From: Terriglobia bacterium
Lineage (GTDB): Bacteria; Acidobacteriota; Terriglobia; 20CM-2-55-15
Direction of reading: 5' to 3'
Assembly: GCA_965218585.1 (NCBI GenBank)
Contig: CBDCLE010000007.1
Coordinates: 1-64,000, forward strand
Length of the DNA: 64,000 bases
This document shows, piece by piece, positions 53,113 to 62,721 of this stretch (positions within the stretch are counted from its first letter, which is position 1; each line of letters begins with the position of its first letter). Position numbers and translations under genes: made by a program. The notes beneath the pieces are model-generated. The model saw only the letters and a program-made list of their open reading frames with translations, did not search any database and had not been told where the DNA came from.

Positions 53113-54015
53113 TTACTCAAAAGGCAGCTCAATGTTGGTATTGATCTTCGGGAATACGCGCTGAAGCCGTCTCCTGAACTCGTTCCACCCACCTTTCGCT
53201 TGTACTACGGACTTCATCAGAGCAATAACGCCGTTGAGGTGTTTTTGAAGTGCCGGATGCCCAATGTCATAGGTGAGCCACTGATGGTGTCGCGCCTTGC
53301 GGGCTCCGCGCTCTGTCTTCGGGTTCAGTTGCTCAAGCTCCTCACGGACGCCAGGGGCCAGCCGGTCCCACACTATATCGTTTGTGTAGATTCCCACTAC
53401 CTGTGGCCGATTGATTTTCATGCCTTGCCATTCCCAACCGCGAAGTCTGAAAATCTCCTTGTAGAACACGTCAGGGAATCGCTTGGCCCATTTTGCCTGC
53501 TCAGCCAAAAGATACTTATCGAGGATCTCTTGCAGGGCCCGACGGTCCCTGATCTCTTGGTAGCCAGTCGCTTCATCAATAAGGGCGGCAATTCCGACAT
53601 GAGCAAGACCACGAATCAAAAGGTGCGCCTGGACCGCAACATGGAGTTGGTTCTTTGTAAGAACCCCGGCTTCTTCGGCGTCTATGAAGACGTTGCATAC
53701 TGCGGGCAATAATTTGTCGGCGTACCCATAGGCCGAACCACCTTTTAACCTGTTGAATTCTATCTGACTCGACGTCACGCTTAACTTGCCTGGAATGAAC
53801 GGGCTTAGGTTCTTTGCCGTCAGGAATGCGGGCATGTTGACGTCAGCGTCATAATACTTTCGCCCCTTAGCCTGTCTCGCCCTCCCCAGGGCCCTCATAA
53901 ATCCGCTCTGAGTTATCAATCTCCGGCCGTCTTCCAGCACAGCGCATGGAATCTCAACCCGGCCGTTCGCGAGAACGATAACTCCCTCATGTGTCGCCTT
54001 TGGCAAGCTCTTCAT
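53113..54015 (-). CDS. P63C domain-containing protein (phage antirepressor-like)
   Basis: IPC.VLEDGRR, GI.ALIDEATGYQ..R, W.KRFP..FY.EI.RL.GW, HHQWLT...GHP.L. Confidence 0.85.
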   Translation of the reverse strand: MKSLPKATHEGVIVLANGRVEIPCAVLEDGRRLITQSGFMRALGRARQAKGRKYYDADVNMPAFLTAKNLSPFIPGKLSVTSSQIEFNRLKGGSAYGYADKLLPAVCNVFIDAEEAGVLTKNQLHVAVQAHLLIRGLAHVGIAALIDEATGYQEIRDRRALQEILDKYLLAEQAKWAKRFPDVFYKEIFRLRGWEWQGMKINRPQVVGIYTNDIVWDRLAPGVREELEQLNPKTERGARKARHHQWLTYDIGHPALQKHLNGVIALMKSVVQAKGGWNEFRRRLQRVFPKINTNIELPFE

Positions 54016-54359
54016 ATTCGCAGCCCTCTGTCGATGGTGCGGTCGAAGGCTTCCCACGGGGCCGCGTCGCGCAGGTTGTAGCGGTAGCAGAACTCATCCA
54101 CATACTTCTGCAGGTGCCGACGCCAGACCCCGATACACTCTACCTGATCCCCTGAGACAGGGGACCTTAAACTAGGAAATTCCGTCATGTTTTACTCCGA
54201 CAGTTGTTTCGATACAGATGCTCTGAACCGGGCGTTCCCGGTAGAGACCGGGTGAGGGACATCCTCGGCCCGGCGTGTTTGAGGGGCCGGAAGCAAGGGC
54301 AAACTGTATGCTTCCGGCCCCTCAGGGTTGCCATGCCACCGAGCGAAACGCAGTGGATC

Positions 54360-55226
54360 CTACTCTTCTTCCTCTTCCTGAAACTGGCTCAGACTTTCCG
54401 CGATCTCTCCCACGCGGATCTGCTGTTGGAATTCAGGGTATATCGTCTCGACGCCACCGCGCGCGGCATGCAGCGGTACCTGGAACCGCCAGGAATACTC
54501 GTTCCCTTGCGGATGATCGCCCTGCAGGTAATGCGGTACTTCGCCCTTTTCCCGAATGATTTCAGTCGTTGCGTAGCAGGGGTAGGGCGACATCGTCGTT
54601 GTCGGTGCGTTCCGGTATTCGGTGGTCCGAACGAGAGGCTCGGTCAGGTACAGTGGATCGTAGACGATGGTCGTTAAGCTCATGATGTTGTCGCGCCGAC
54701 GGACATAGCGGATCACTTCGGCTTCGTCGCTTGCGGGAAGGCCGTTGCGACGGATGATGTTTTCTTTCACGTGCGTCGTCCGAATCCGCAGCGCATTGCC
54801 CACCCACTGGCCGGTCGAAAAGCCGTTCCATGTGTGAGGCGCATTTTCGGATGGATGCGGACGGCCATCCATGTAGATCCAGGTTTCGGTCCCACGAACA
54901 GTGTTCCAGCGCCACGCCGTGGTGTCGCGTGTTACCGGATCAATCACGCGCTCCAGCTGGATCCGTGATGGGTCGCGGTTGACGTAGGCGATTCCGTGTG
55001 GCCGGCACTGCCATTCGGGCAGCGTGATCCAGGACGCGCTCCAGGTGTCACCCTTCATGCGGGCCGCGTCGTTGACCGGAAGGCCCATGTATTCGCCGGC
55101 AAACGGGTGGCCTTCGAAATTGTCTTCCGAACGAAAGGGCGTCCAGTCGCCCGAGAGATCAATCTGAGCAAAGGCCGGCGCGGAAAGCAGCAAGACGGCC
55201 CCTGCGATCGTAAGGATCGATTTCAT
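54360..55226 (-). CDS. Secreted hypothetical protein (IYMDGRPHP..GFSTGQW family)
   Basis: Signal peptide, DLSGDW, QC.PH, DPLYLTEP, VPHYL.G. Confidence 0.8.
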   Translation of the reverse strand: MKSILTIAGAVLLLSAPAFAQIDLSGDWTPFRSEDNFEGHPFAGEYMGLPVNDAARMKGDTWSASWITLPEWQCRPHGIAYVNRDPSRIQLERVIDPVTRDTTAWRWNTVRGTETWIYMDGRPHPSENAPHTWNGFSTGQWVGNALRIRTTHVKENIIRRNGLPASDEAEVIRYVRRRDNIMSLTTIVYDPLYLTEPLVRTTEYRNAPTTTMSPYPCYATTEIIREKGEVPHYLQGDHPQGNEYSWRFQVPLHAARGGVETIYPEFQQQIRVGEIAESLSQFQEEEEE

Positions 55227-55275
55227 AGCTTCTCCTCTATGGATAACGTGGCAACGTTCACGTCAGTCAAGTTTA

Positions 55276-56130
55276 TCAGAAACCCTGTCTGCCTGGGATA
55301 AGTCGTCCACCCTCCTGGGGGATGTAGACCTCGCAGGGCCGTGGGTCGAATTTGGAATCGACCGCTTCCTTCTTGAAACCGTAGCTGCGGACATACGTGC
55401 CCGTCAGGTAGACCGGGTCATCCACCATGAGCGTCACCAGCAGATAGGTGTTGCCGTCCGGTTCATCAACGACGTTCCAGTACTCTCTCATCGTCGCCTG
55501 ATCGCTGTAGGGTACTCCGTCGAGTGTGAAGTAATACCCCGGAATAACGTTGGAGGTGTTGATCGACAACTCACCACCGGGATTTCGCGCAGCGACAGGG
55601 GCGCCAAAGCCGCCCCGGCCCTGGGGCCGCCCTGCGAAGACCCATTGGGCCACTGAGTGTCCCTGTCGGCTGGGCGCTCCCGGTTCGCGTGCACTGGGTC
55701 CAAAGTGGAGCATCCGCGTCTGCATCCCGTTGTCGGTGTCGACCTGCAGCGTGTTCGGATCGGCCCAGGTGATGTTCAACCGGGTCGGAACGCGCATGAT
55801 CCCCATGGCTCCATAGGATTTACACAGGTCCCCCGCGGCGATATCCCCCTCGGGATCCCAGCTATCGGCCATGTTTCGGCCCTCGATATTGAGTGTGACG
55901 CCGGTTCGGCCGTACTCACCCTTCACGCCCACGCCCATTCGAAAACGCCAGTCCTCGGTCACCATCGAGACCCAGTAGCCGGTCGCGTCGATCGGGGCAA
56001 CGGTCTGGGCGGGGGGTGGGGGACCGCCCTGCCCTCTGCCTCGTTGAGCTTCCAGGCTGCTTGATGCAACCAGAATCATCCCTACAGCAGCAAAAACTGC
56101 CACGGTTTTGCGTCGAATCACATGCTTCAT
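55276..56130 (-). CDS. Secreted hypothetical protein (same superfamily)
   Basis: Signal peptide, D.TGYWVS.VTEDWRFRM, CKSYGA, GHSVAQW, DPVYL. Confidence 0.8.
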   Translation of the reverse strand: MKHVIRRKTVAVFAAVGMILVASSSLEAQRGRGQGGPPPPAQTVAPIDATGYWVSMVTEDWRFRMGVGVKGEYGRTGVTLNIEGRNMADSWDPEGDIAAGDLCKSYGAMGIMRVPTRLNITWADPNTLQVDTDNGMQTRMLHFGPSAREPGAPSRQGHSVAQWVFAGRPQGRGGFGAPVAARNPGGELSINTSNVIPGYYFTLDGVPYSDQATMREYWNVVDEPDGNTYLLVTLMVDDPVYLTGTYVRSYGFKKEAVDSKFDPRPCEVYIPQEGGRLIPGRQGF

Positions 56131-56882
56131 TCGCTTTCCCTAACTCTTAGTATAGATTTCCAGATTTCCCGGATTTTGCGGCCTGCAGCCGCCAAATCAG
56201 TTGGTGGTTGATGTGCTGAAGTTACCGGGCGTGTGGCCTGCGTGTCAATCACTTTATTCTCTTACGTCTCAAAGGTTTGGTCGGTTACTTCACTACCACA
56301 GAAAAAAAGATTTCGGTCGGTCGGGGAATTCGCCTGACATCTCGTTTTAAAGGTCGCGACGTCCCAGAAAAAAAGTCTGCCCTGTGGGGGTAGAGTATAT
56401 GTTGTAACAAGAAACATTATCAATCCGCTCTCGATCTTTTCGCCGAATCAAGGCACCCAACTTCCTCTCCCATCTTTTCCATCCAGACCGGCTACTTTTG
56501 ACACATGACAACCGACCCGACCAAGGCATTCGATCACATCACGCCGCATCTACCGACTAAACAAGGGGCCGCAGGAGAAATTCTGGGGTTTTTTGTTCCG
56601 GCTGATCTGCCCTGCCGATCGATTTCCTCTTGAAAATTTTCGTCTTTGGCGATATACCCCCCCTAGGTACCCTGAATCGCAGGTCTTCGAAGAATTTCGT
56701 AGGGAGGCCTGTGTGTGACCGCCCACGGCTGCGGGCGGGGGCAAGTCGCCTTGCGCGGGTGCCAGCACCGTGAGGTGTTGTGGTATCAGGATTGAAGGGA
56801 TTAGGTGGAGGCTGTAGCTCTTATCGCTTTTTTTAAGAAGCCCAGCTAGGGTCTCTGTGCATCAAGTCAATTAGGAGGAAAG

Positions 56883-59800
56883 ATGAAGCGAGTATTCACT
56901 ACTCTGTTTTTCGCGACGTTCATTCTGGCGTTGACGTGCAATCCAGCCTGGTCGCAGGCTACTGCACAGATCAACGGCACGGTGAGCGATGCGACCGGTG
57001 CTGTGTTGCCCGGTGTGGACATCACGGCCACCCAGACGGACACAGGCATCGTTCGCTCGGCCGTCACTAACGAGACCGGATCCTACGTGTTGCCGAATCT
57101 GGCATTGGGTCCGTATCAGCTCGAGGTGTCGTTGCCGGGCTTTCAGACCTTTGTCCAAACCGGAATCGTATTGACGGTCAACGACAATCCGGTGATCAAC
57201 GCGGCCCTGCAAGTGGGCCAGGTGGCGCAGACGATCGAAGTTCAGGCCACCGCGGCGCTGGTCGAGACCCGCTCGGTCGGGATCGGCACTTTAATAGAAA
57301 ATGAGCGCATTCTGGAGCTTCCGCTCAACGGCCGCAACGTGGCTGAGTTGATCGAGCTGTCCGGAGGCGCCGTCGAAACCAGGGACCAGGACAGCAGCCG
57401 TTATTTCGGCGGGACGCCCATCGTCGTCGTCGGCGGGGGTCTGGGCGTCAGCACGGATGTCACGCTGGACGGCGCGGTCCATACCGATCGATTTACCCAG
57501 GGCGGCTTTCCACTGCCGTTTCCGGATGCGCTGCAGGAGTTCCGCGTGGAGACCAGCGGCCTCTCTGCAGAGAACCGGACCTCGGCGTCGGTCGGAGCCG
57601 TGACCAAGTCGGGGACCAACGAGGTCCACGGCAACGCGTTCTGGTTCGTACGGAACGACCTGTTTAACGCGCGGCCCTATTTTTCTCCGACAGAAAGCAC
57701 GCTCAAGCGCAACCAGTTCGGGGGCACCGTCGGCGGGCCGATCGTGCAAAACAAAGTGTTTTTCTTTGCTGGTTATCAGCGGACGACATTGCGCTCGGAC
57801 CCGGGTACCCGGCGCGCGTTCACGCCGACCGCCGCCATGCGGAGCGGGGACTTCACAGCTTTTGCTTCACCGGCCTGTGGTCGTAATAATTTGAGCTGGG
57901 CACCCAATGGCGTCGAGCTCTTCAACAACAACGTCATCGATCCGGCGAACTTCTCTTCCATCTCGAATGCCATCCTGGCCGACGTTCCGGTCTCGGCCGA
58001 TCCATGTGGGGAGGTTTTCTTTGGCATCATCAACGCTCGGGATGACGCCCAGGCCATCGGGCGGGTCGATTGGCAGGCCAGTGACAACCACTCCATCTTC
58101 GGGCGGTTGATGTGGGCCACCACCGACATCGCGCCAGGTTACATACAGGGCAACCTGCTGACCGCGAACCAGGCGTCGCGAGACAACTTCTTCCAGGCCT
58201 ATACGCTGGGTTCGACGTATCTGATCGGGGCCAACACGGTCCAGTCGGCCCGGTTGGTGGTCAATCGAGTCTCGGTCAAGCGCCTGGGCCAGGACACGGG
58301 TTTTGACCCGACACGGCTTGGAATTAATGTCAACCATTACATTCCCTACCTTCAGATGAGCATCTCGGACGGCTTCACTTCGGCCGGTCCTGTGGCCCTG
58401 GATGGCCAGACCCATACGACCGAGTTCCAGTTGACCGAGGATCTGAGCATGATCCGGGGCGACCACCAGATATCGGTTGGCGGGACCGTCGTCCACGGCC
58501 GGTCGAACACGTATTCGAACGTCCGTTCCTCCTCCGACTACAATTTTGATGGCGGGAACACCGGCGAGGGTTTGGCTGACTTCATGGTCGGAGCCCTAGG
58601 TCGTCTCCGTGTGAGTGCCCCGAACCGGTTCTTCCGGAAGAAAACGCTTCTCGGAATCTACGGGACCGATTCGTGGAGAGTGACGCCGAATGTGACTCTC
58701 AACTATGGTCTGCGCTGGGAGCCGGACATGCCCATGACCGATGTTCAGGACATCGGTATTTTCAATTTCGATATCGACCGGTTCCGTCAGGGCATCGGGT
58801 CCAACACCTACCCCCTGGCCCCGGCCGGCTATGCGGCGCCCGGGGATCCGGGTTTCCCCGGTAACACGGGACGGCACGCACAGTGGGGGCAGCTCTCACC
58901 CCGCTTCGGACTGGCATGGGACGTGAGGGGAGACGGGCGCACCTCGATCCGGGTGTCCGGCTCGATGACCAAGGAATCCATGCCGCTGCAGTTTGCGGCC
59001 GGGATTGCCGCCACGGCGCCTCCCTGGGCGGCGGGTGTGGCGATCACGGATCCGGTCGGCGGGTTCGCCGATCCCTACCTGGGCTTCCCCGGGGGCGATC
59101 CGTTCCCGATCGGCGACTTGACGACGGTCGCCTTTCCGCGAGGCACCGAGATTGTCAGCGTTCCCTACGATTTCCCCAACCCGACCGTCTACGGATGGAA
59201 CGCCGCCGTCCAGCAGCAGATCGGGCAGGACTGGATGGTGTCGGGAAGCTACATCGGCACGCAGCTGATCCACCTGTGGATCCAGGGACCGGGCAATCGC
59301 GGCATTTACTTCCCCGGCACGGCGAACGCCAGCGGGGAGTGCACGGCCCAGGGCTTTACCCTGACCGGCCTCAGCGCGGGCGCCACCTGCTCCACATCGC
59401 GCAACACCTTCGACCGCCGCGTCTTGAGCCTGATTGATTCCTCGAAAGCAGTTTTCGGAGCCGTCGGGGCTATGGACGCCGGGGGCACACAGTCCTATCA
59501 CGGACTGGTCCTCTCCCTCCAGCGTCGGGCCGCCACGGGCGTGACGGTCAACATGAACTACACCTGGTCGCATTGCATCACGGACGATATTCGGGGCGGT
59601 GACGGGGTTGGAAATCCGTTCCCGGGCACCACCTATACTCATTTCAACGACCGGAACGCCGACCGCGGCAATTGCCTGGCGGACCGCCGGCACATTGTCA
59701 ATCTGACTTCAGTGGCCCGGACTCCCGAATTTGAAAACCCCACGACGCGCAAGGTCCTATCGGGCTGGCAGTTGTCGGGGATCTTCAGAATATCCTCCGG

Positions 59801-60212
59801 GCAACCCCTGGACATCCAGAATAACTCGGGGCCTTCGGGCGACAGGGCGCTGGCCGACCAAGATAGTCAGCGGCCGAACCAGATCCTCAGCAACGTGTAC
59901 GGGTCCGATGGCGGCCCGGGCACAAACTTCCTCAATCAGGCTGCGTTCGCTCCCCAGGCGATCGGTACACTCGGTGACGTGGGCAAAAACAGTGTCCGGG
60001 GGCTCAAGAACTGGGCCTTGGACCTGTCGCTTTCGAGAACGTTCGACTTCGCCGAGTCTCAGTCGCTGGAGTTCCGGGCCGAGGCCTATAACATCACCAA
60101 CAGCTTCCGGGCGAACAATCCCGAGAGACGCATTCTCAGGAGCACTTTCGGCCGGATCCGCAGTGCTCAGGATTCGCGGATCCTGCAGTTCGCGCTCAAG
60201 TACGCCTTCTAG
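56883..60212 (+). CDS. TonB-dependent receptor with carboxypeptidase-regulatory-like N-domain (Acidobacteria type)
   Basis: G.V.D.TGAVLPGV, LPLNGRN, KSGTN..HG, RNQFGG.VGGPI, R.LQFALKYAF C-terminus. Confidence 0.93.
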   Translation: MKRVFTTLFFATFILALTCNPAWSQATAQINGTVSDATGAVLPGVDITATQTDTGIVRSAVTNETGSYVLPNLALGPYQLEVSLPGFQTFVQTGIVLTVNDNPVINAALQVGQVAQTIEVQATAALVETRSVGIGTLIENERILELPLNGRNVAELIELSGGAVETRDQDSSRYFGGTPIVVVGGGLGVSTDVTLDGAVHTDRFTQGGFPLPFPDALQEFRVETSGLSAENRTSASVGAVTKSGTNEVHGNAFWFVRNDLFNARPYFSPTESTLKRNQFGGTVGGPIVQNKVFFFAGYQRTTLRSDPGTRRAFTPTAAMRSGDFTAFASPACGRNNLSWAPNGVELFNNNVIDPANFSSISNAILADVPVSADPCGEVFFGIINARDDAQAIGRVDWQASDNHSIFGRLMWATTDIAPGYIQGNLLTANQASRDNFFQAYTLGSTYLIGANTVQSARLVVNRVSVKRLGQDTGFDPTRLGINVNHYIPYLQMSISDGFTSAGPVALDGQTHTTEFQLTEDLSMIRGDHQISVGGTVVHGRSNTYSNVRSSSDYNFDGGNTGEGLADFMVGALGRLRVSAPNRFFRKKTLLGIYGTDSWRVTPNVTLNYGLRWEPDMPMTDVQDIGIFNFDIDRFRQGIGSNTYPLAPAGYAAPGDPGFPGNTGRHAQWGQLSPRFGLAWDVRGDGRTSIRVSGSMTKESMPLQFAAGIAATAPPWAAGVAITDPVGGFADPYLGFPGGDPFPIGDLTTVAFPRGTEIVSVPYDFPNPTVYGWNAAVQQQIGQDWMVSGSYIGTQLIHLWIQGPGNRGIYFPGTANASGECTAQGFTLTGLSAGATCSTSRNTFDRRVLSLIDSSKAVFGAVGAMDAGGTQSYHGLVLSLQRRAATGVTVNMNYTWSHCITDDIRGGDGVGNPFPGTTYTHFNDRNADRGNCLADRRHIVNLTSVARTPEFENPTTRKVLSGWQLSGIFRISSGQPLDIQNNSGPSGDRALADQDSQRPNQILSNVYGSDGGPGTNFLNQAAFAPQAIGTLGDVGKNSVRGLKNWALDLSLSRTFDFAESQSLEFRAEAYNITNSFRANNPERRILRSTFGRIRSAQDSRILQFALKYAF

Positions 60213-60232
60213 GCGGACGTTTCTTTCAGTCT

Positions 60233-60262
60233 CGGCGGGTGGGGTTTCCCTCACCCGCCGAA
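60233..60262 (+). terminator. Hairpin after the TonB receptor, probable terminator
   Basis: cggcgggtgggg-tttc-cctcacccgccg. Confidence 0.55.
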
Positions 60263-60324
60263 TACGGCTTTACTTTTCAAGGTTGAGGAAACTCCCAGTC
60301 TCCTCAACCTTGAAAACGTTCTAG

Positions 60325-60486
60325 CCCGCTTTTTTCGCGGTTGTCGTCACGAAGTGTCGGAGACGCCGTCAGGACAAGGTGCGCGAGGGAGGCGTACTTT
60401 ACAGTACGTCGAAGAGCCCGACCACCAAACGCAGTAATGAGCGGATGTATACCCCACTGCAGCAGACCATTGGTGAGAAATGCGGG
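60325..60486. mobile_element. 162-bp MITE with IS1380-like ends
   Basis: ctag|cccgcttttttcgc ... ggtgagaaatgcggg|ccag, matching the ends and CTAG target of the IS1380 at 10246-11982. Confidence 0.6.
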
Positions 60487-60584
60487 CCAGTGTTTTACAG
60501 TGACAGCCAGAAACGGTCTGAAATCCCAAGACCGGAGTCCGGACCCAACCTACGATATGACAGCCGCGTGTAATCCGTGAGGTT

Positions 60585-61410
60585 ATGGATATGGTATTGC
60601 GTCAAGCAGTGACGATTGCATCGGGCCGTACAACGTTTAAAGTGGCCATCACGAGTTCTCTCGTGATGGTTGTTTTGATGGTTGGCGCCCCGAACCTGGC
60701 GGCCCAGTCGCCGGCCGAACTGGGTGAGCTGCCAGATGTCAGTGGGACCTGGCGGATCGTAAGCCGGAGCAAGCCGCCCGCGTGTGCTCCCGGGTTCGTA
60801 ATCGAAGAAGACGAGCGGCAGCTGCCGCGCTACGGCTGCAGGTTGGACTGGTCCGACCACATCAACGCCAGGACCCGGGCGTGGTTCCGATTCCATGACG
60901 AACCGGTAGAAGGCAAGTTCTACTGTGTGCCCGAATCCATCCCCAGCACTCTGGCGCGTGTCCAGCCAGTACGAATAACCCGGCGAGGCGACAGAGTGGT
61001 TATAGAGTCTGAGGGGAGCATGGCATACAACGTTATTCGCACTGTCTGGACAGACGGCCGTCCCCATCCGCCGCCGGGCGACGTCGCCTACTACGGACAT
61101 TCGATCGGCCGTTATGAAGGCGATGCATTGATCGTCGAGACGCAAAACTTCACGTTTGATCCCAACGGAATGGGACTATCAGGGGCAGGTTCCCTCGTCT
61201 TGGGCAAAGCGCCTCACCGAGCGTTATTCCCTCGTCGGGCCGGACCACCTGCGGATGGAGCTGACTGTAGAAGACCCCGTGTTTCTGACGCGGCCCTATA
61301 CCGAAACCTTTGAATACGAACGGACGGACCAGGAGGTCCGGCGGATTAACGACTGCGATCCCGGTAGCCGCCGCCGCTCCGCTCGGGATGCTTCCGCCCA
61401 AGTATCGTGA
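60585..61410 (+). pseudogene. Secreted hypothetical protein (GHSIGRYEGD family) with a +1 frameshift at about 61172
   Basis: DVSGTW, VWTDGRPHP, GHSIGRYEGDALIVET; continues in another frame as DYQGQVPSS..ERY..EDPVFL. Confidence 0.75.
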
Positions 61411-61506
61411 TGATTAGTCTACGGTAGTTGGAGTGGGAGCGAACGTAGATCACGATAGGAATGGGGGAGAGACGAATAGGGTTCACACCGACCAGAGGAG
61501 GCTCTT

Positions 61507-62706
61507 ATGCTAGGTTCACGCGTACTGGGTTGTGCGGTTATTTTAGGCTCACTGTGTTTGTTTGCGGCCGGCCAGAGTGAAGACCCGATCGTGTTGGAGC
61601 GCTCGGGTGCAAGCTGCTTCGATGATCCGAATTGTATCAATCGTCTGCATCCGGCGATTCCCATGGCCGCCAGCGCCGAATCCGGTCAGCAGATCGTCTT
61701 CAAGACACGCAACCCAGGCATAACTGGGGGTCCACCGCGCAGCATCTTCCACGCACTGTCCGGGCCGGTGGAAATCATCGGTGCCGAAGCGGGGGATACG
61801 ATTGCGATTACGATCGTCAGTGTGGTGCCCTTTGGCGACGGTGGGACGTCCATTACCACCGGTGGTCTCCTCGCGGATCAGTTTCCGGACGGAGGGAGTG
61901 TACGCTGGAACCTCGGGACGGACTATGCGACCTCGGACGACATCCCCAACGTACGCATTCCCAACAGGGGATTTCCCGGCGTCATCACTGTCTTGCCCGG
62001 ACTGGATCAGATCGAGGAATATCTTGATCGTGAGTTCGCGGGTGCAGCCCTCGGGGGACGCAGCCATTTGCCGGAACCCATCAATGCCGTACCTGCTGAT
62101 ATCTGCGGTCCCGACAGCCCCGTCAGAGACGAATGCATACGGACCGGACCCCCCCGTGAACACGGTGGCAATATGGATATCCAGTACCACAGTGCCGGTA
62201 CAACCGTATATCTTCCTTGCTACATAGATGGATGTGGCCTTGCCATCGGTGACGTGCACTATGCCCAGGGTGACGGCGAAGTTGCGGGGACAGCCGTCGA
62301 GATGAACGCGGATGTGACTGTGGAAGTCGAGGTGTTGGCCGATAGCAAGGCGATGACACACGGCCCTCATTTTGAAGGGTCGGTCGAGGTCTTGGCTCCG
62401 GCGACCGGACGTTTTTATGCGACCATCGGTCTGCCCTTTAAGGAAGAGGGTGAGGTCCCGTTGCACTTGGAGTACTTACAGTCACCGGTGGCCGCGGACC
62501 TGGCCTATTTGTCTGATGACCTGTTCCTGGCGGCGCGGAACGCACTGATGGAAATGATCGAATATATGACCGAGAATCACGGCTTGACGCGTGAACAGGC
62601 TTATATTGTGGCGAGCGCTGCCGTGGATCTGAGGATCGGTCAGATTGTGGATGCCGGGCACATCAATGTAACCGCGATCCTGCCCCTCGACATTTTTATC
62701 GAATAG
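61507..62706 (+). CDS. Acetamidase/formamidase family protein, with signal peptide
   Basis: H.LSGPV, GAE.GD, PPREHGGNMD, GD.HYAQGDGEV.GTAVE, AY...S.AVD. Confidence 0.9.
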   Translation: MLGSRVLGCAVILGSLCLFAAGQSEDPIVLERSGASCFDDPNCINRLHPAIPMAASAESGQQIVFKTRNPGITGGPPRSIFHALSGPVEIIGAEAGDTIAITIVSVVPFGDGGTSITTGGLLADQFPDGGSVRWNLGTDYATSDDIPNVRIPNRGFPGVITVLPGLDQIEEYLDREFAGAALGGRSHLPEPINAVPADICGPDSPVRDECIRTGPPREHGGNMDIQYHSAGTTVYLPCYIDGCGLAIGDVHYAQGDGEVAGTAVEMNADVTVEVEVLADSKAMTHGPHFEGSVEVLAPATGRFYATIGLPFKEEGEVPLHLEYLQSPVAADLAYLSDDLFLAARNALMEMIEYMTENHGLTREQAYIVASAAVDLRIGQIVDAGHINVTAILPLDIFIE

Positions 62707-62721
62707 ACGTTTTTCCCGGAA

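Larger units (their letters stand above)
51625..54184 (+). mobile_element. IS1595-family element with passenger genes, internally inverted and deleted
   Basis: Perfect 22-bp IRs cggaatttcctagtttaaggtc; perfect 8-bp TSD tcatgttt (51617-51624, 54185-54192). Confidence 0.9.

Noticed and set aside
40879-54200. Integrative island anchored at tRNA-Leu
   Set aside because: No integrase and no duplicated tRNA 3' end seen
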